A stretch of DNA of 63,069 nucleotides, filler included, from Sphacelaria rigidula (lineage: Eukaryota): the NCBI GenBank assembly GCA_964200075.2. It is 8 parts of 8 records of this genome, joined end to end, with 100 filler letters (N's around TTAATTAATTAA, not from the genome) between each part and the next. Parts side by side here need not be neighbours in the genome. Positions count along the whole stretch, not along the records: positions 1 to 7,797 come from CAXNAA020013431.1; positions 7,898 to 15,694 come from CAXNAA020013432.1; 6 more parts are not named here. One strand, 5' to 3'. The notes under the pieces were generated by a model. That model did no database searches, had not been told where the DNA came from, and saw only the letters and a program-made list of their open reading frames with translations. Below, piece by piece: positions 1 to 12,230 of this stretch; position 1 is the stretch's first letter; every line of letters begins with the position of its first letter. The position numbers and the translations under genes were made by a program.

Positions 1-974
1 GATATGCCACTTCAGCCCCATATTTTGTATGAACCCCAAAATATACAATCGGCTGTTAAGTGCTGGAAGACTCACAATAAAGGTAAAAATTGTAGGGAAA
101 ATACTGGTATCCATATATCCTAGCCTTCCTGGATCGTGTGCTATTTGCCTCCGTCCGAACACTGACTGTCCCGGCACCAAAACTTCCTCTACTATATTTT
201 CTCTTTCTCCCCAAACTTTTCTACTAGCTCCTTGTCTGGTGACGTTGTGTCTTGCGTGGTGACGATGTGAGCGTCGGCGGTGACTAGAACGTCTCGCGGT
301 GTTGTGGATGTTGTAGTCGTCGTTGCCGATGCGTCCATTCATTTTTCTTGACTTACGATGTTGGAAGCGATGCTGATCTCTTCTCCTCGTCAGTATGTGC
401 TCCACTTGAATAGATATTTCCCAAAGTCCTCCACCTGTTGCAAGGGTCTGTGGTGTACTATTTTCTCGCAATATTTGGTGAGAATGTCAGGAAGTTGATT
501 TTCTGACTTCAAATGATTGATTATTATTTGATCGTTTCTTATCATAGCTTCGAGATTAATAAAAATTATTGCTAGATGTTTGCTACGTGTGCTATAGTTT
601 ATATTTGATGATAAATTTAGTGCCCCTTGAGAATCTGAGAGAATAGTGGGTGTTTTCATCGATGACCAGCCAAGTTCACGTAGGAGATTCAGTAAATACG
701 TTCATTCCAATTTTTCCACATCTGGCTAAGGCTATCAGTTCTGCTTCAGTAGTTGAAAAAGCCGTAATCTTCTGCAGACTTGAAGAAAAGTGAACTTATC
801 CGTTAACTAAAAAGAAAATAGTTCCTGTGATTGATCTCATTCTCCCTTGTGAACCTGCGTTACCGTATGAAGAGTCACAATATCCTCGTAGATTCAAGTT
901 ATTTTTCGAGAAGCGGTACGTGATAGGTAGATCCGGTATCCCTTTCAAGTACCGAAATACACGTTTCACTGCAA

Positions 975-2107
975 CTAAATGATGGGTGTACTTGGTTTAC
1001 TCATATGGCGAGCTGCCTGAGTAACACTAGAAGCTATGTCGAATCTGGTGCATTGTGCTAGAAAAATCAGACCACCTACCATTGCTTGATATTGTTTCGT
1101 CTGTTCTTGGTCTAAAATATTTTCTTCTGGTTCTTCTGTATATTGATTTGCTTTACCTGGTGTATGTACGGTGTTGCAGGAGTCCATTCTGAACTTTTGT
1201 AGCAAATCTAGTACATATTTATGCTATGAAAGTTAAAAAAAATCCTCTTGCAAAATCTCTGATGACCTCCATACCTAAAATAAGTGAAACAAGTCCTAAC
1301 TCTGATATTGAAAATTTTGTGTTGAGTGTCTTGTACACTTTGAAAGATTTCGATGGATGGTCCTGTAACTAGGATATCATCAACGAACAAAGTGATCATA
1401 ACATAATGTTCTTGTTGCCCTCTTGTACAGACACACGGATCACTTGCAGTTACTTTGAAACCCATGTTCTGTAGTTCAGTGTCAATTGTGTGTGAATTCC
1501 ACACATTAGGGCTTTGGCGTAGTCCGTATAATGCACGCCTAAGACGCATTACATGTGGTTTACCAGTATCTGGATCTGATGTTTCGAATCCAGGTGCATG
1601 TTTACAGAACACAGCTTCTTTCAATCTGCCATTTAAAAATGCGGTCTGTATATTTAGAGCTATTATGGGCCAATTTGTAGCTGTAGCTATTGCTAATAAA
1701 ATCCTCTGACTTTCCAGTCTACATACAGGTGCGAAGGTACTTCCACAGTCAAATCCATGTTTCTGTGCCCAACCTTGGACAACTAAACGAGCCTTAAATC
1801 TTCCATCTGCTTTAACTTTGTACACACAATGCGTACCAATTATGTTTTTGTTTGGAGGTACCAAACGTTTTGGAATAGTATCTGTCACTTTGTGGTACGA
1901 TATGCTTTGTAGTTTGTATAGCATGGCAGCTTTCCAATTCGTTGCAAATGGTGAAGATAACGCCTGTTTATAGGTATTTGGAACCGGGATGGATGCAGGT
2001 GGTACTACATCTTCGATACCGACTACTCCTATATATTGGGTAACACTATCGAGAACTATTTTCGAGTGTTGATAGTACTCGACAGAGTTGATGGCAAGTT
2101 TGTGCAA
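975..2107 (-). pseudogene. pol: Copia reverse transcriptase (frameshifted)
   Basis: KARLVVQG, TFAPV, LNIQTAFLNG, ALYGLRQS and FVDDILV motifs; continues after a frameshift as YQAMVGGLIFLAQCTRFDI. Confidence 0.92.
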
Positions 2108-4149
2108 TTTTCTGGCTTAGCACGTGTTTATTTGTTGAGATGTATCATGATCTGGGCTACCCGCAGAACGAAGTCACATCAGTGTAGTTTGCTCAGTAGA
2201 TGAATGCTCTAATTGAGTAATACCGTCGTATACATCGTCGTTGGAACTAAACTTGTCTTGCTGGTCATCATTTGGAAGTTCGAAAATATCATCTTCATTA
2301 TTATCCGCGTTTTCTTTCCCCCAAGTAGCATGTGTATCATTGGAATTTAATCTTGCTGCTTGCTCTATGAAGGTAACATTTCTCGAACTTGCATTTCGAC
2401 CAGTTTTTCCATTGTTTATACGATAAGACGGACTATCAGAGTCATAACCTACTAGTACACCTTCCCCTGCCTTTTGCTCTAATTTATTAATATGACGTTA
2501 TATGTGTACAAAAGCACGCGAGCCGATTATGCGCAAAAATGATAATTTGGCATGTTTTCCGAACATTCGATGATAGGGACTTTCACCATCAATGCCACTA
2601 TGCGGTAGGCGTTTGATTAATAATACAGCAGTAGCAGCAATCTCTCCCCATAAACTCTTGGGCAACTTTGCTTCATTTTCGTTTAACAGGCATCGGGTAA
2701 CGTTCATAGTTCTCCTGTCACGTTCCGAAATCCCATTCTATTACGGTGTATATGGTGCCGTATATTCTTGTAAATTCCCGTCATTTTACAGTATCGTCGA
2801 AAATAATCTGCTACGTACTCTCCTCCACGATCAGTCCTGATATACTTTGAGCTCGAAGTCCTAGGGGAATTGCTGGATCCTGGATGAATTTGTGAAGTGT
2901 AGATAAAGCTTCATCTTTACTTTTGATGAAATATACAATTTTCAACCTACTGAAATAATCAGTAAATTTTGCCATATATTTAAAACCTCCTATTGCTGTT
3001 GGTGTCACTAGACCTAAAATATCAATGCTAACAAGTTGAAGACGATTGGTGATATAGTCCGAGTTGATTGTCTTCGGGTGATTTTGCTGTGTACTTTTAT
3101 TGATCATACACGTGTTGCATGAAGTAAGTGTACCTTCGAAATTTACACCTTATTCTGTAATATTCTTTATATTACGCATAACTTGCGCAGACGGATGACC
3201 TAGTCTTTTGTGCTAGACTTCTACTCTTACCACAGTTGAGTTCATCGAAGGACCTTCGGGCTGTTCTAGATCGATAACTTCAGTTGCATACGCAGTACCT
3301 AACCCCATGACTGTCCCAGAAATGGTGCTAGATGCCAGTGCTGTTCGACGTCAGTTATTCTGTTCTTGAACGTTTTTCAAGCTAATATTATGCAATGTCC
3401 CAGTACTATTAATTGTACTTGTAATTTGAATGTCACCGACATCAATATATGACCTCGTAGAAAACACGGTTGAAGCACCCTTGCTGAGAGCCTCGCTAGG
3501 AGAGAATATATGTTTCCCTAGCCCTGGAACTATTCCAACGGGCATACGAACAGAGCGTTCAATACCATTGACGTCAGTAACCAATGATTGAAAAATGACT
3601 TTCCCTGTGCCTTGTTACATGTGTCTTCCTGCTGCTAAGGTGCACATGGGTGGATCAAGCTGGACGAGGTCAAGCATCTCCCTTGCAATATTAGGAAGTA
3701 GTTGGGAATCCAGAAAGTGATTGCTGGCCCCGCTGTTCACTACCATCGTAAATGGTGTTGCCATATGCATATTAGGAGAATCTGCTAAATCCCCAGCAAG
3801 AAAGGTATACCCAACTCCGCTTGGTGGAGAAGGTTTCATGACAGTTGCTGCTGAAGATGTACTACTTGATTGCTGGACATTGGTGTACATAGGTACTGTA
3901 GTTGACGTGGGAGTTGCAGTAGCTGTGTTCACCTGATTGACAGGTCCACGATTCTGTATGTTTTGATGGGTATTATTGTTACTACGATTACGATTATAAC
4001 TGTTGTTCCGATTATTACCGCAGCGGTTATCACTATTGTATCCAGAGCTACCACGAGCGTTCCCATTGTTCATTTGATTTTTAGATTCTGAGTTATCATG
4101 TTTATTTATTTTGTGTAGGCTACACTACTTAACCTGTCTACCTTGGCGC

Positions 4150-4904
4150 TACTTCATAGATCTGCAGTCACGCGAGGTGTGGCCAGGTTTCCCTCAACTA
4201 AAACATTTATTGTGAGATTTGGTGGAATTTGAAGAAAAATCTAGGGGTGATGATACATACATAACACTCTCTCTTCCTACAGGTTTTCTCACAGGTTTGC
4301 CACGAGCTAAACAATTGACATATAGATTCCTTATGTTGGATTCGATCTGTGACAGGCTAAAATCAGGATCTCGTTCAGCGTTGTATTTGATTTGACTGTA
4401 ATCATCAGTTAGTCCTTCGATTACTATTATAATATCTGTTAATCGTTCATCACTGACGCTCTCATTCATATTATTCGATTCGTCTTTGATTTGATATAAA
4501 CTTGAGAGGAATACATCTGGGTCTTCACCCTGCGACGTAGTTAAATTGTACAACTGTCTCATCAGAATTCGACGTCTTTGTTTGGATGAATGCTGATATT
4601 TGGCAATCAAGCTATCCCAAGCTTTCTTACCGTCGACAGTTGCTGAACCCGGTTGTTCGAACCGTAGCATAAAACTGTTTGCAGGTCCGTTCGTAGGTAA
4701 ATAAAGCATTGAATTATTGTTCATTCGCACGATCGTATGTAGGACTATTTCATCCTCATTACTAACTCTTCCACTAACACTAGTTTTGTCTTCCTCTGAA
4801 GTGACGTCCTTTCCTTGAGAACGTGTTACTACCGGATCTGACCTAGTCGTGGATCTTCCAGGAACATTATCATAAATTGTGGTGGGGCGGATTTTACGAT
4901 TCAA
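4150..4904 (-). pseudogene. gag: Copia gag with CCHC zinc knuckle (in-frame stop within the knuckle)
   Basis: DGKKAWDSL..EDPDVFL..GLTDDYS copia-gag-like motifs; C-x2-[stop]-x4-H-x4-C. Confidence 0.85.
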
Positions 4905-5035
4905 AACCTCCGAAATATTGGGATGTGTCGAAGATAAAACGGCTTTCGTTTTGTGCTTTCACTCAAAAAACTTCACTCCGTCAAATTTATTGATACTTTT
5001 GATTTGAGTAACAGACAGCTCTCCAGTTGAATTCA

Positions 5036-5050
5036 TCTGCTACTATAATC
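5036..5050 (-). promoter_or_regulatory. Candidate primer-binding site of copia A
   Basis: Minus strand reads GATTA-TAGTAGCAGA next to the LTR end; one mismatch to the TGGTAGCAGA initiator-Met PBS. Confidence 0.4.
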
Positions 5051-5323
5051 TGTGTTAAACTCGCACAACGTAACTTCTTTACCTTAAATTTCTCCACAAG
5101 TCGTCTCTCCTAGACGGGACGACCACGCTTGACCACCCTGCAGATTGACCACCACGCTCCTAGCCGCAGTAGTAGTGCCTTGCTGCAGTAGTGATGGACC
5201 GACTGTGATGTGACGTCCTGCTCACTGGTGCTGAAGATTTACAGTACAGTATACTAACTGCGTAGTGAGGCTCTAGCGTGTTCAAAGCGATGTTGCCGAG
5301 AAACTCGAGCTGCTGACAACACA
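5051..5323 (-). repeat. Probable 5' LTR of copia A (273 bp)
   Basis: Bounded by the 6-bp inverted repeat TGTGTT...AACACA (TG...CA); lies directly upstream of gag and a PBS-like motif. Confidence 0.6.
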
Positions 5324-5354
5324 GTTAGACACGACCACCAGGCTTCTTGAGAAA

Positions 5355-6721
5355 GTGACAGCTGAAAGAGGACGAGAGTTCCCGTCGGCAGCTCATGTTA
5401 ACAGTGGAGATACCGGGAGGGTATCTGGTGCTGAAACCGTGAGTGCTGGTGCGGGCGACGGCGATAGAAGTAGCACAGCGGTGGTGTCTAGCGACAACTT
5501 GTGCAGTGGGAGGCAAGGCGAAGCTCTGACTTCAGGATGGAAAGCGAACCACATAAAAAGCCCGATGTTCAGCGGTGCTATCGAAGACTGCAGCAAATGG
5601 GCGAGGATATCGTATAGCTGTTGTTGAACAGGGACAAGGGACGCAGATATGCACTGGTAAGAAATGATGATATCACAGCCCAGCCATTCGACATACCGGA
5701 TGTCACAAGAATATTTGCATGATCAAGACCAACTACGCTCAGGAAGTGTTCGCGGTTTCTTCTGCGACGTCGCGACACAGGCCGTGAAGAACGTTATTTT
5801 CACAGCAGGGGGACCAAGTGCAGCCTGGAGAAAACTGAGGGGGCAATGGTTCGAGCCTCAGGCTATCCAAGCAGTAAATCAATTTCTGAAGAACAACAGC
5901 AGTTCCCTGGGCGCGCGTGAGGACCCAATCGAGCTCATTGCCGACATTGAGGCCATGCAGGCCAAGATTCGGGTGCTGTCTCCGAGCCATGCGTCCAGCC
6001 AGGAAGCTGTCCACGTCCGTAGTATCGCGGCCGTGGCATCAAATGCAGATTACGAGATTGAGACCGGCACGGTGGGTTACGACGGTACTATCACTAGTGC
6101 AGAGTTGGTACGCACCATCGCGTCTCGTTACAGTCAACTGCAGGGGATGGCGGGGGCAGAACAAGTGGAGGCAGAAACGGTGGAGGAGGCTGCTGCAGCA
6201 TCGAAGGCCCTTCTTCCTGCGAACAACGAACGGGAAGGTGGCGGGAAGAGAGTGATGCTACGGTAGGGGTGCACAAATATCTTCTGAGGTTAGAATTGTC
6301 AGGAGCCCTTCATCTCATCCAAAGAACGGCTTTTGAAAATATGCGAGAGTACGCCAGGATTACTATTCCGATGTGCTGGGGATATCCCGAATGAATCTGC
6401 AAACGGGGATACCCTGACCCATATTCTTGTGCGTCTAGCATCTTCAGGAGCCCCTGAACCAGACAAAATTTTGCGAAAAAAGTGCACTCCTACAAGGCTT
6501 GTGGTGAGGTCGGTCATGTAACATCTCACTGCAAAGCTGTCTATACGACGTGCGGAGCAAAACGCCACAGTTCTAAAAAGTGCCGATCGTCGACAAAAAA
6601 AGTGAAGAACAGTGGAGACGGGGAGAAGAGGGGAGAGGTTGCCTGCTCAGCACTATGGAAATTGGTGATGATACCGGTCACCACAAGATCTTCGGGATGG
6701 ATCCCACTGCTGGCACTTTAG
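5355..6721 (+). mobile_element. gag: Ty1/copia element B, degenerate gag with two zinc knuckles, interrupted by a MITE
   Basis: KSPMFSG, GPSAAWRKL..FEPQ and EDPIELIADIE motifs (similar to gag of copia C at 29.9-30.1 kb); knuckles YKACGEVGHVTSHC and YTTCGAKRHSSKKC. Confidence 0.75.
6266..6490. mobile_element. MITE with GGGGTGCAC termini and TA target duplication (Tc1/mariner-type target)
   Basis: TA|GGGGTGCAC ... GTGCACTCC|TA; removing it restores the gag reading frame. Confidence 0.8.
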
Positions 6722-7272
6722 TGTGGTTCAATCCCACTGATAGCACCTCCTCCGTCGCGGTTCAGCTGTACTATACCGCTATTACAAGTACAAATCCTTC
6801 GACATGTTTGGTTATTGTGAGGGCTCGCCCGTGTCTGGGTTGGGATCTAGGTATGATCCCTGTTAGAGGTGACATATTCTGGGCGAGGAGAAATGCCTGG
6901 AAGTCGAAGGCGTGTTTGATGGCTGAGGGAACTCTCGCATGTTTGGGTTGAGGGTTTCGAGGGATATAGAAATGCGCGAATAACCCCGGATGAGAAAATG
7001 AAAGGAGCAATGGACATACTACGGTTGGGGGAGCTGATGGGACTTGGCTTGGTGCGCACAGGGACTGCTGATCAGTCATCTTACTAAGGCTGGACTCCAA
7101 TCATCGCATGTTGTCAAAAAGGTGGGGTTATTTTGATGTAGTCCCAGGAGAACATTGTTGTAATATTGTTCTCACAGGTAGATACGGATTCAAAATTGAG
7201 ACGTCCACAAAACAACAGGTAGTCGGCGTGAGGCCAATCGAAAATATCCCTGAGACGTGTGTATTGAGCGAT

Positions 7273-7483
7273 TGTAATGCGTGAGAGGACCGCATGCTTA
7301 GAGGACCGTGCCGTGGTTCAAAACACCACAGGATCGATTTTTTTCAAAACCAATCGGGCCAGTCCCTGCAGGTACCACGTCCCTGACCATAACCCTAACA
7401 CCAACCCTGACCCTAACCCTAACCATAGGGATGTTCAAATTCCGATGCGGACCTCTAAGCACGCGGTCCTCTCACGCATTACA
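7273..7483. mobile_element. MITE with ~32-bp TIRs and internal telomere-like CCCTAA motifs
   Basis: TGTAATGCGTGAGAGGACCGCATGCTTAGAGG ... CCTCTAAGCACGCGGTCCTCTCACGCATTACA; internal ccctaac/ccctgac run at 7381-7425. Confidence 0.8.
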
Positions 7484-7797
7484 CGACGATATATGATGTC
7501 TCTGAAGGTGAGGTGGGATTCCGTCACTCGAGGCTTGATCAGAGAAATCCACGCTCGAGTAAGAGGGCAGTGAAGTGTCAAGCTGCCATTTGAGGGTAGG
7601 TCAGGCAAAGTAATGCTCGAGATGAGGTTAGGTTACAAGGTGAAATTCAAAAAGGGTTAAACTGTGCCAGGAATATCCAAGCTTGAGTGGAAAGCTGTAG
7701 TAAAGTAATCCGGTGATGTCATTACTTGTGGATTGGTATGTTTGACAAAAATTCTCGTGAGACTTTAAACAGGGTTGCCAGAAAAATGAGAACGTAT

Positions 7798-7897
7798 NNN
7801 NNNNNNNNNNNNNNNNNNNNNNNNNNNNNNNNNNNNNNNNNTTAATTAATTAANNNNNNNNNNNNNNNNNNNNNNNNNNNNNNNNNNNNNNNNNNNN
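7798..7897. other. Artificial contig linker
   Basis: N44 + TTAATTAATTAA (stops in all six frames) + N44. Confidence 0.98.
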
Positions 7898-8023
7898 GAG
7901 CGATGTTTCAGCGCCTCGCAGCGGCTGCAGCGCGCTTAGGGCCGTGCGCCATGAAGTGCGCAGCTCAACAGACTGTATGCCGATCGGTGCACTACAGATG
8001 GTCATGATCCAGAAAGGACCGCA

Positions 8024-8267
8024 GACTAATGCCGAGATAGCCTCCCCACAAAAAGTGCACCGGCACCATCCAACGAACCGGCTGCGATCTCACTATTGGG
8101 CTCGTTTGCAGCAATTTCGTCCACATGAGAGGCGTGTAGCAGTCTGAAATTAGCTATAACGGCCAAATCAGTCGCGTCGTGCAGCACGAAACCAAATTTA
8201 ACGGCCGTTATGATCATCGCCTCCGTGCACGTTTTTGGCCGGTTTGGGGGGGGGGGCTATCTGCAGT
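8024..8267 (+). mobile_element. GAC-terminal ~248-bp MITE family, copy 1 (right TIR damaged)
   Basis: GACTAATGCCGAGATAGCC...GGGGGCTATCT; body matches the copies at 26798 and 27864. Confidence 0.85.
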
Positions 8268-9656
8268 ACAGACCGGTGCCAGTTTGCTACCGCGTCGGCC
8301 GTCCAGTCGCTCAACACGTCTAAGTTTATGCATCTGCGCATGCATATATGCATTCGCCTGTAGTGCGACACTGGTAGACCTAAAGAAATGTACATGAACA
8401 ACGATTGGTACTCGATTTGACTTCGTTTCAGACTAAAGAAAGTTCTGATAAAAATCATGATTTGGGGCAGGTGAGCAGTGAGCAGTGGTGAGCAGTAGAA
8501 CCAGGTCGTCCAGAACGTGTTTTAGGTCAAAATCGGCTCAAATTCGTCGATTTAAGCTCTCGAAAGGCGCCGATTTGAGTTCTCGTAACGCACGCTTTAG
8601 CTACGAAACTACAGCCCCCTTGCCCGAGAGTTCTCGGTATGCCTTGGTCGATGTTAGTGCTAGGGTTAGCGTTAGGGTCGGTGGCATCTCCATGGCACCA
8701 ACCATTGTTTACGTACATTTCTTCAAGTCCCCTCGGTGAAGTATTTGTGCAGGGATGCATCCTTGTCACAAGAACATTCCTGCACCGGCACTTCACATGT
8801 TCGGTAGAGTCTAGAGCTACATGGCTCGAGCACCCAATGCTTAGCCAAAAACGTAGAAAGCAATCTCGCACAGCGACCGCTGTCGAAGATGAAGTAACAG
8901 AAGAAGAAGTACATAGTTGTCTTTTATTGTCTCATTCAAATCAGGCCGCCCATGGGTAGGAAGGCACACGCACACAAACAACACTGAACACGGTGGGGCG
9001 AGATATGCGCAGGCGCATCTCCGTCGAGAATCCTTCTTGAGCTACGGCAAATATGTCCTGTTTCATCCCGCAGAAACATACCGTATATCACAATACAGCT
9101 CCCCGTCGTTTCCGGATCATTCGAGAACAAAAGTGAGAACAACCAACACTTTCCGGAACATTCCACACGTCGGATAGCTCATGAGCTACCTAAATATTAC
9201 TTCTTATTAGTGTACTGATCCGGATCACGAGCTAGCTCATGTGATCGCTTTTTCCATATTTTCTCCCTACAGCGCTGGACACCGAGCACGAGGAGAAGCG
9301 CAAAGGTAGCGCTTTGGCTTCTCGGGCCCTGCTGTCACGTAATTTGTGTTTTTGGATGAGCAATCTGCGAGTCCCCTTCGATTTGTTATTTTCGGCAGCT
9401 CATGAGCTGTCCGACGTGTGGAACATTCCGAGAATCGATCCGAACCGTCGTTCTCAGTACCATTTCTGGAAATCACCATTTCCATCGGTTAATCCGCCGC
9501 ATTTTCCTCCGATAATCTCGTGATAGTATCCTGAATCTTACACTTACCATGAGTGAAATCACACGATTAACAACACACAGGTGCATCGTTTGAGGGAACT
9601 CTTTGTCACGGGTGGCATGACCACAGGGATTTCGTCACCTTCCTGCACTTGTTGAG

Positions 9657-10794
9657 CACAGCTGACCGACAGTGAGGACGTTTCCCCACATGTGTGCCTT
9701 GTTCAACTCGCCAACAGCTCATTGCACGATCTTGGTTTTGCTGCTGACTAAGGCGAAGGCAATGTTCAATGGTTCTCAACTGCTTTGCTTTCATGATCTT
9801 GTGACATTCGCTACACAACCGCTGTCTTCGTACTTCCGAATCAACGAGAACGCAAAGAAATACCCCGCCATGAACAGGCTTTTTTGGGTCGGGTTCCTGT
9901 TTGAAGTTTTCCATGATGAGGCTTTTGTGGTTCGGGATTGACGCCCCGCAAAAAAGAGCCAGTGTGGGCGACTTTCGATGGACAAAACACGCGCCAAAGG
10001 TATCAAATGATACCCATACCTGAAAGGTAATGTACCGCTGCACCTTCGTCGTGCACTGCAAAAGAAAGCGCGTGATAAGAGGCCTTGCCGCCTGAGGAAA
10101 CTCGGCAAAAGTGGTGAAAAAAGTGAAATGATACATGTACATATATGAAATATAGTATGTGAAATATAATATACGATATGTAATATATGAAATATGATAT
10201 AGGAAATATAATATATGATATATAGTATGTGAAACATAATATGTGAAATATAATGTATGAAATATAATGTACGATATATAATATATGATATATAATATAT
10301 AGACCTATCTTATATGTACACTTTTTCACCACTTTTGCCGAGTTTTCTCTGGCGGCAAGGCATCTCATCACGCATTTTGTTTTACAGTGCACGAAGAAGG
10401 CGCAGCGGTACATTACCGTTCAGATTTGGGTGTCATCTGATACCTGTGACGCGTGTTCTGGCCATCGAAAGTTGCCCGCACTGGCTCTTTTTTGCGGGGT
10501 GTCGATCCCGGACCACAAAAGTCTTCCCAAGTTTATGAAACACTTCAAGCGGCAGGATGATGGTTGGCGGGGTATTTTCTATTTTCTCCCCGTGTTTCTC
10601 TTCGTCGGGTTCTCGTTCATTTGGGAGCACGAGTACGCCGCTTATGCCGCCAATGTCACAACAACATGAGAACAATACAGTCGAAAACAATTGATCATCT
10701 TGGCCTTAGTCAGCAGCAAACACCAGACCGTGCGGTAAGACGAGTTGAACAAGGCACACACGTGGGCAAACGTCCCCACTGTGGGTCAACTGTG
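9657..10794. repeat. Large diverged inverted repeat (arms ~9657-10125 and ~10319-10794) around an AT-rich spacer
   Basis: For example, 10319 CACTTTTTCACCACTTTTGCCGAGTTTTCTCTGGCGGCAAGG matches the reverse complement of ~10083-10125; outer ends 9657-9775 match 10680-10794. Confidence 0.85.
10136..10315. repeat. AT-rich low-complexity satellite (ATATGAAATATAAT-like)
   Basis: Visible degenerate tandem repeat; the same satellite occurs at 11683-11800. Confidence 0.85.
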
Positions 10795-11374
10795 TAAAAC
10801 CAGCGAAGCAAGGTGCTGAAATCCCGGTGATCATGCAATCCGTAGGATGCACCTGTGAAGTACTGGCGCAGGGGAAAATCATACGAGTACGCACCTCATG
10901 TATCTTTCGACGGCTTAGTACTATATTTTCAGTAAAAGTCAAGCGTTACTTCGCTTGTAGATTTCTTCGCTGTGTCTGAACGAACCTGCCTGAAAATTGG
11001 CACAGAGGTAGACCACAACACAGACAGCATATTCCCGTATCGGCGGCACGTTTTACGTGGTGCGCCAGACGGACGAAGTGAATACAGATTCTGGGCAATG
11101 CCATCGATACGCCCTCAAAACGGAGTCCCCTCGGCCCACACTGTTTGGGACGTCGGTGAATGCATATACATGGACACGCAGATGCGCTCACTTCCACATC
11201 ATGGCCTGCTGGGTGGCTCCTGCCCCGGCAAACGAGCATCGATCCGTATTGGCTACACTCTGGATGATGTCGTTTCCCGCGGTACCTATTTTGGTATCGC
11301 CTGTAGAGGCACTCACTTCAGGAGGTACGGTCGAGCAAGCACTGTCAGTGCTTTTACGCGCTATGTATATCATG

Positions 11375-11615
11375 TACGTGTATCATTTCACATTTTCACC
11401 GCTTTTGCCGAGTTTCTTCTGGCGGCAAGGCATTTTTTCCCCCACGTCCTATTGCAGCGCACCAAAAAGGCGTAGCGGTACATTGCCGTTCAGGTTTGGG
11501 CGCCATGTGATACCTGTGGCGCGTGTTCTGGCCGCCGAAAGTCGTTCAAACTGGCTCTTTTTCGCGCGGTGTCGATCCCGAACCACAAAACCCTCTTTAA
11601 GATCGTGGAAAACTT
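11375..11615 (+). repeat. Third copy of the foldback-arm repeat, followed by the AT-rich satellite (11683-11800)
   Basis: Direct similarity to 10314-10540 (TTTTCACCGCTTTTGCCGAGTTT...GTCGATCCCGAACCACAAAA). Confidence 0.8.
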
Positions 11616-11799
11616 GACAAAATATATTTTCGACTTGCGTCACCCCCGGGAGGCCCGTACCAACCTCCCGAAGGGGAACCTTGTATGAGATATAATGTAT
11701 GAAATATAATGTATGAAATATAATAAACGATATGTAATACATGAAATATTGTATATGAAATGTACGATATCAAGTTTACTATATGAAATATAATATATG

Positions 11800-12230
11800 T
11801 TCTAACCCTTTGACCGCGGCGCCGGTACTCCATCTCAATCACGCATACTCTTTTCAAGTGAATATTGATGCCGATTCAGCAGGTGACCTGCCCTCGCGGT
11901 CGAAGGATGAACTGTTACGGATCGCAGCGTGGCGTGATGGAGATAGTACGATGATGGGCCGTCGGTTTCAAAACGACACTATGCCCGGAGGGCTGATCGC
12001 GGGAACTAGCTAGTACCGTGGTCAGGGGTGAAGGCGGTTTAATCCGTCAAAAGACGGCATACATAAACATGCCTCTTTACATCTGGTTGGATCCGGTTCT
12101 TCACAAGAATCGATCCAGCTGGCACCCTGGGATTCACTCTCTTTTGAGTGCTGAGGTAAATCCCACCAAGTGGAAAAAGAAATCGAATCGACCTGAAGCG
12201 GTGATCAAGATATCGTGACGTCCGTCGTGT
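11800..12230 (+). pseudogene. Possible highly decayed Ty3/gypsy pol fragment (RT-RNase H connection, integrase Zn finger)
   Basis: LTAAPVLHL..FQVNIDADS resembles LTxAPVL..FxxxTDAS; HPGI resembles GHPGI. Confidence 0.35.

Larger units (their letters stand above)
1..5323 (-). mobile_element. Ty1/copia LTR retrotransposon A, degenerate (5' LTR, gag, protease, integrase, RT, RNase H); 3' LTR not in window
   Basis: Copia domain order on the minus strand: gag 4194-4904 with CCHC knuckle ~4160-4205 (CFS*GKPGHTSRDC); protease MVVNSGASNHF ~3716-3750; integrase LVSIDILG..KFTDYFSR (2811-3107) and LPKSLWGE (2498-2707); RT FKARLVVQGWAQ..TFAPV and LFVDDILV (1208-2107); RNase H DSQGAL..RSKHLAI..QLPDILTK (390-659). 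Many stops and frameshifts. Confidence 0.95.

Noticed and set aside
390..4904. Active, intact copia element
   Set aside because: Multiple stops and frameshifts, and a mutated protease catalytic residue
7842..7853. TTAATTAATTAA recurring every ~7.9 kb as a biological periodic signal
   Set aside because: It is always centred in 88 Ns; this is an artificial six-frame-stop linker
9791..10413. Tyr/Ile/His-rich ORFs
   Set aside because: They are translations of the AT-rich satellite and repeat arms
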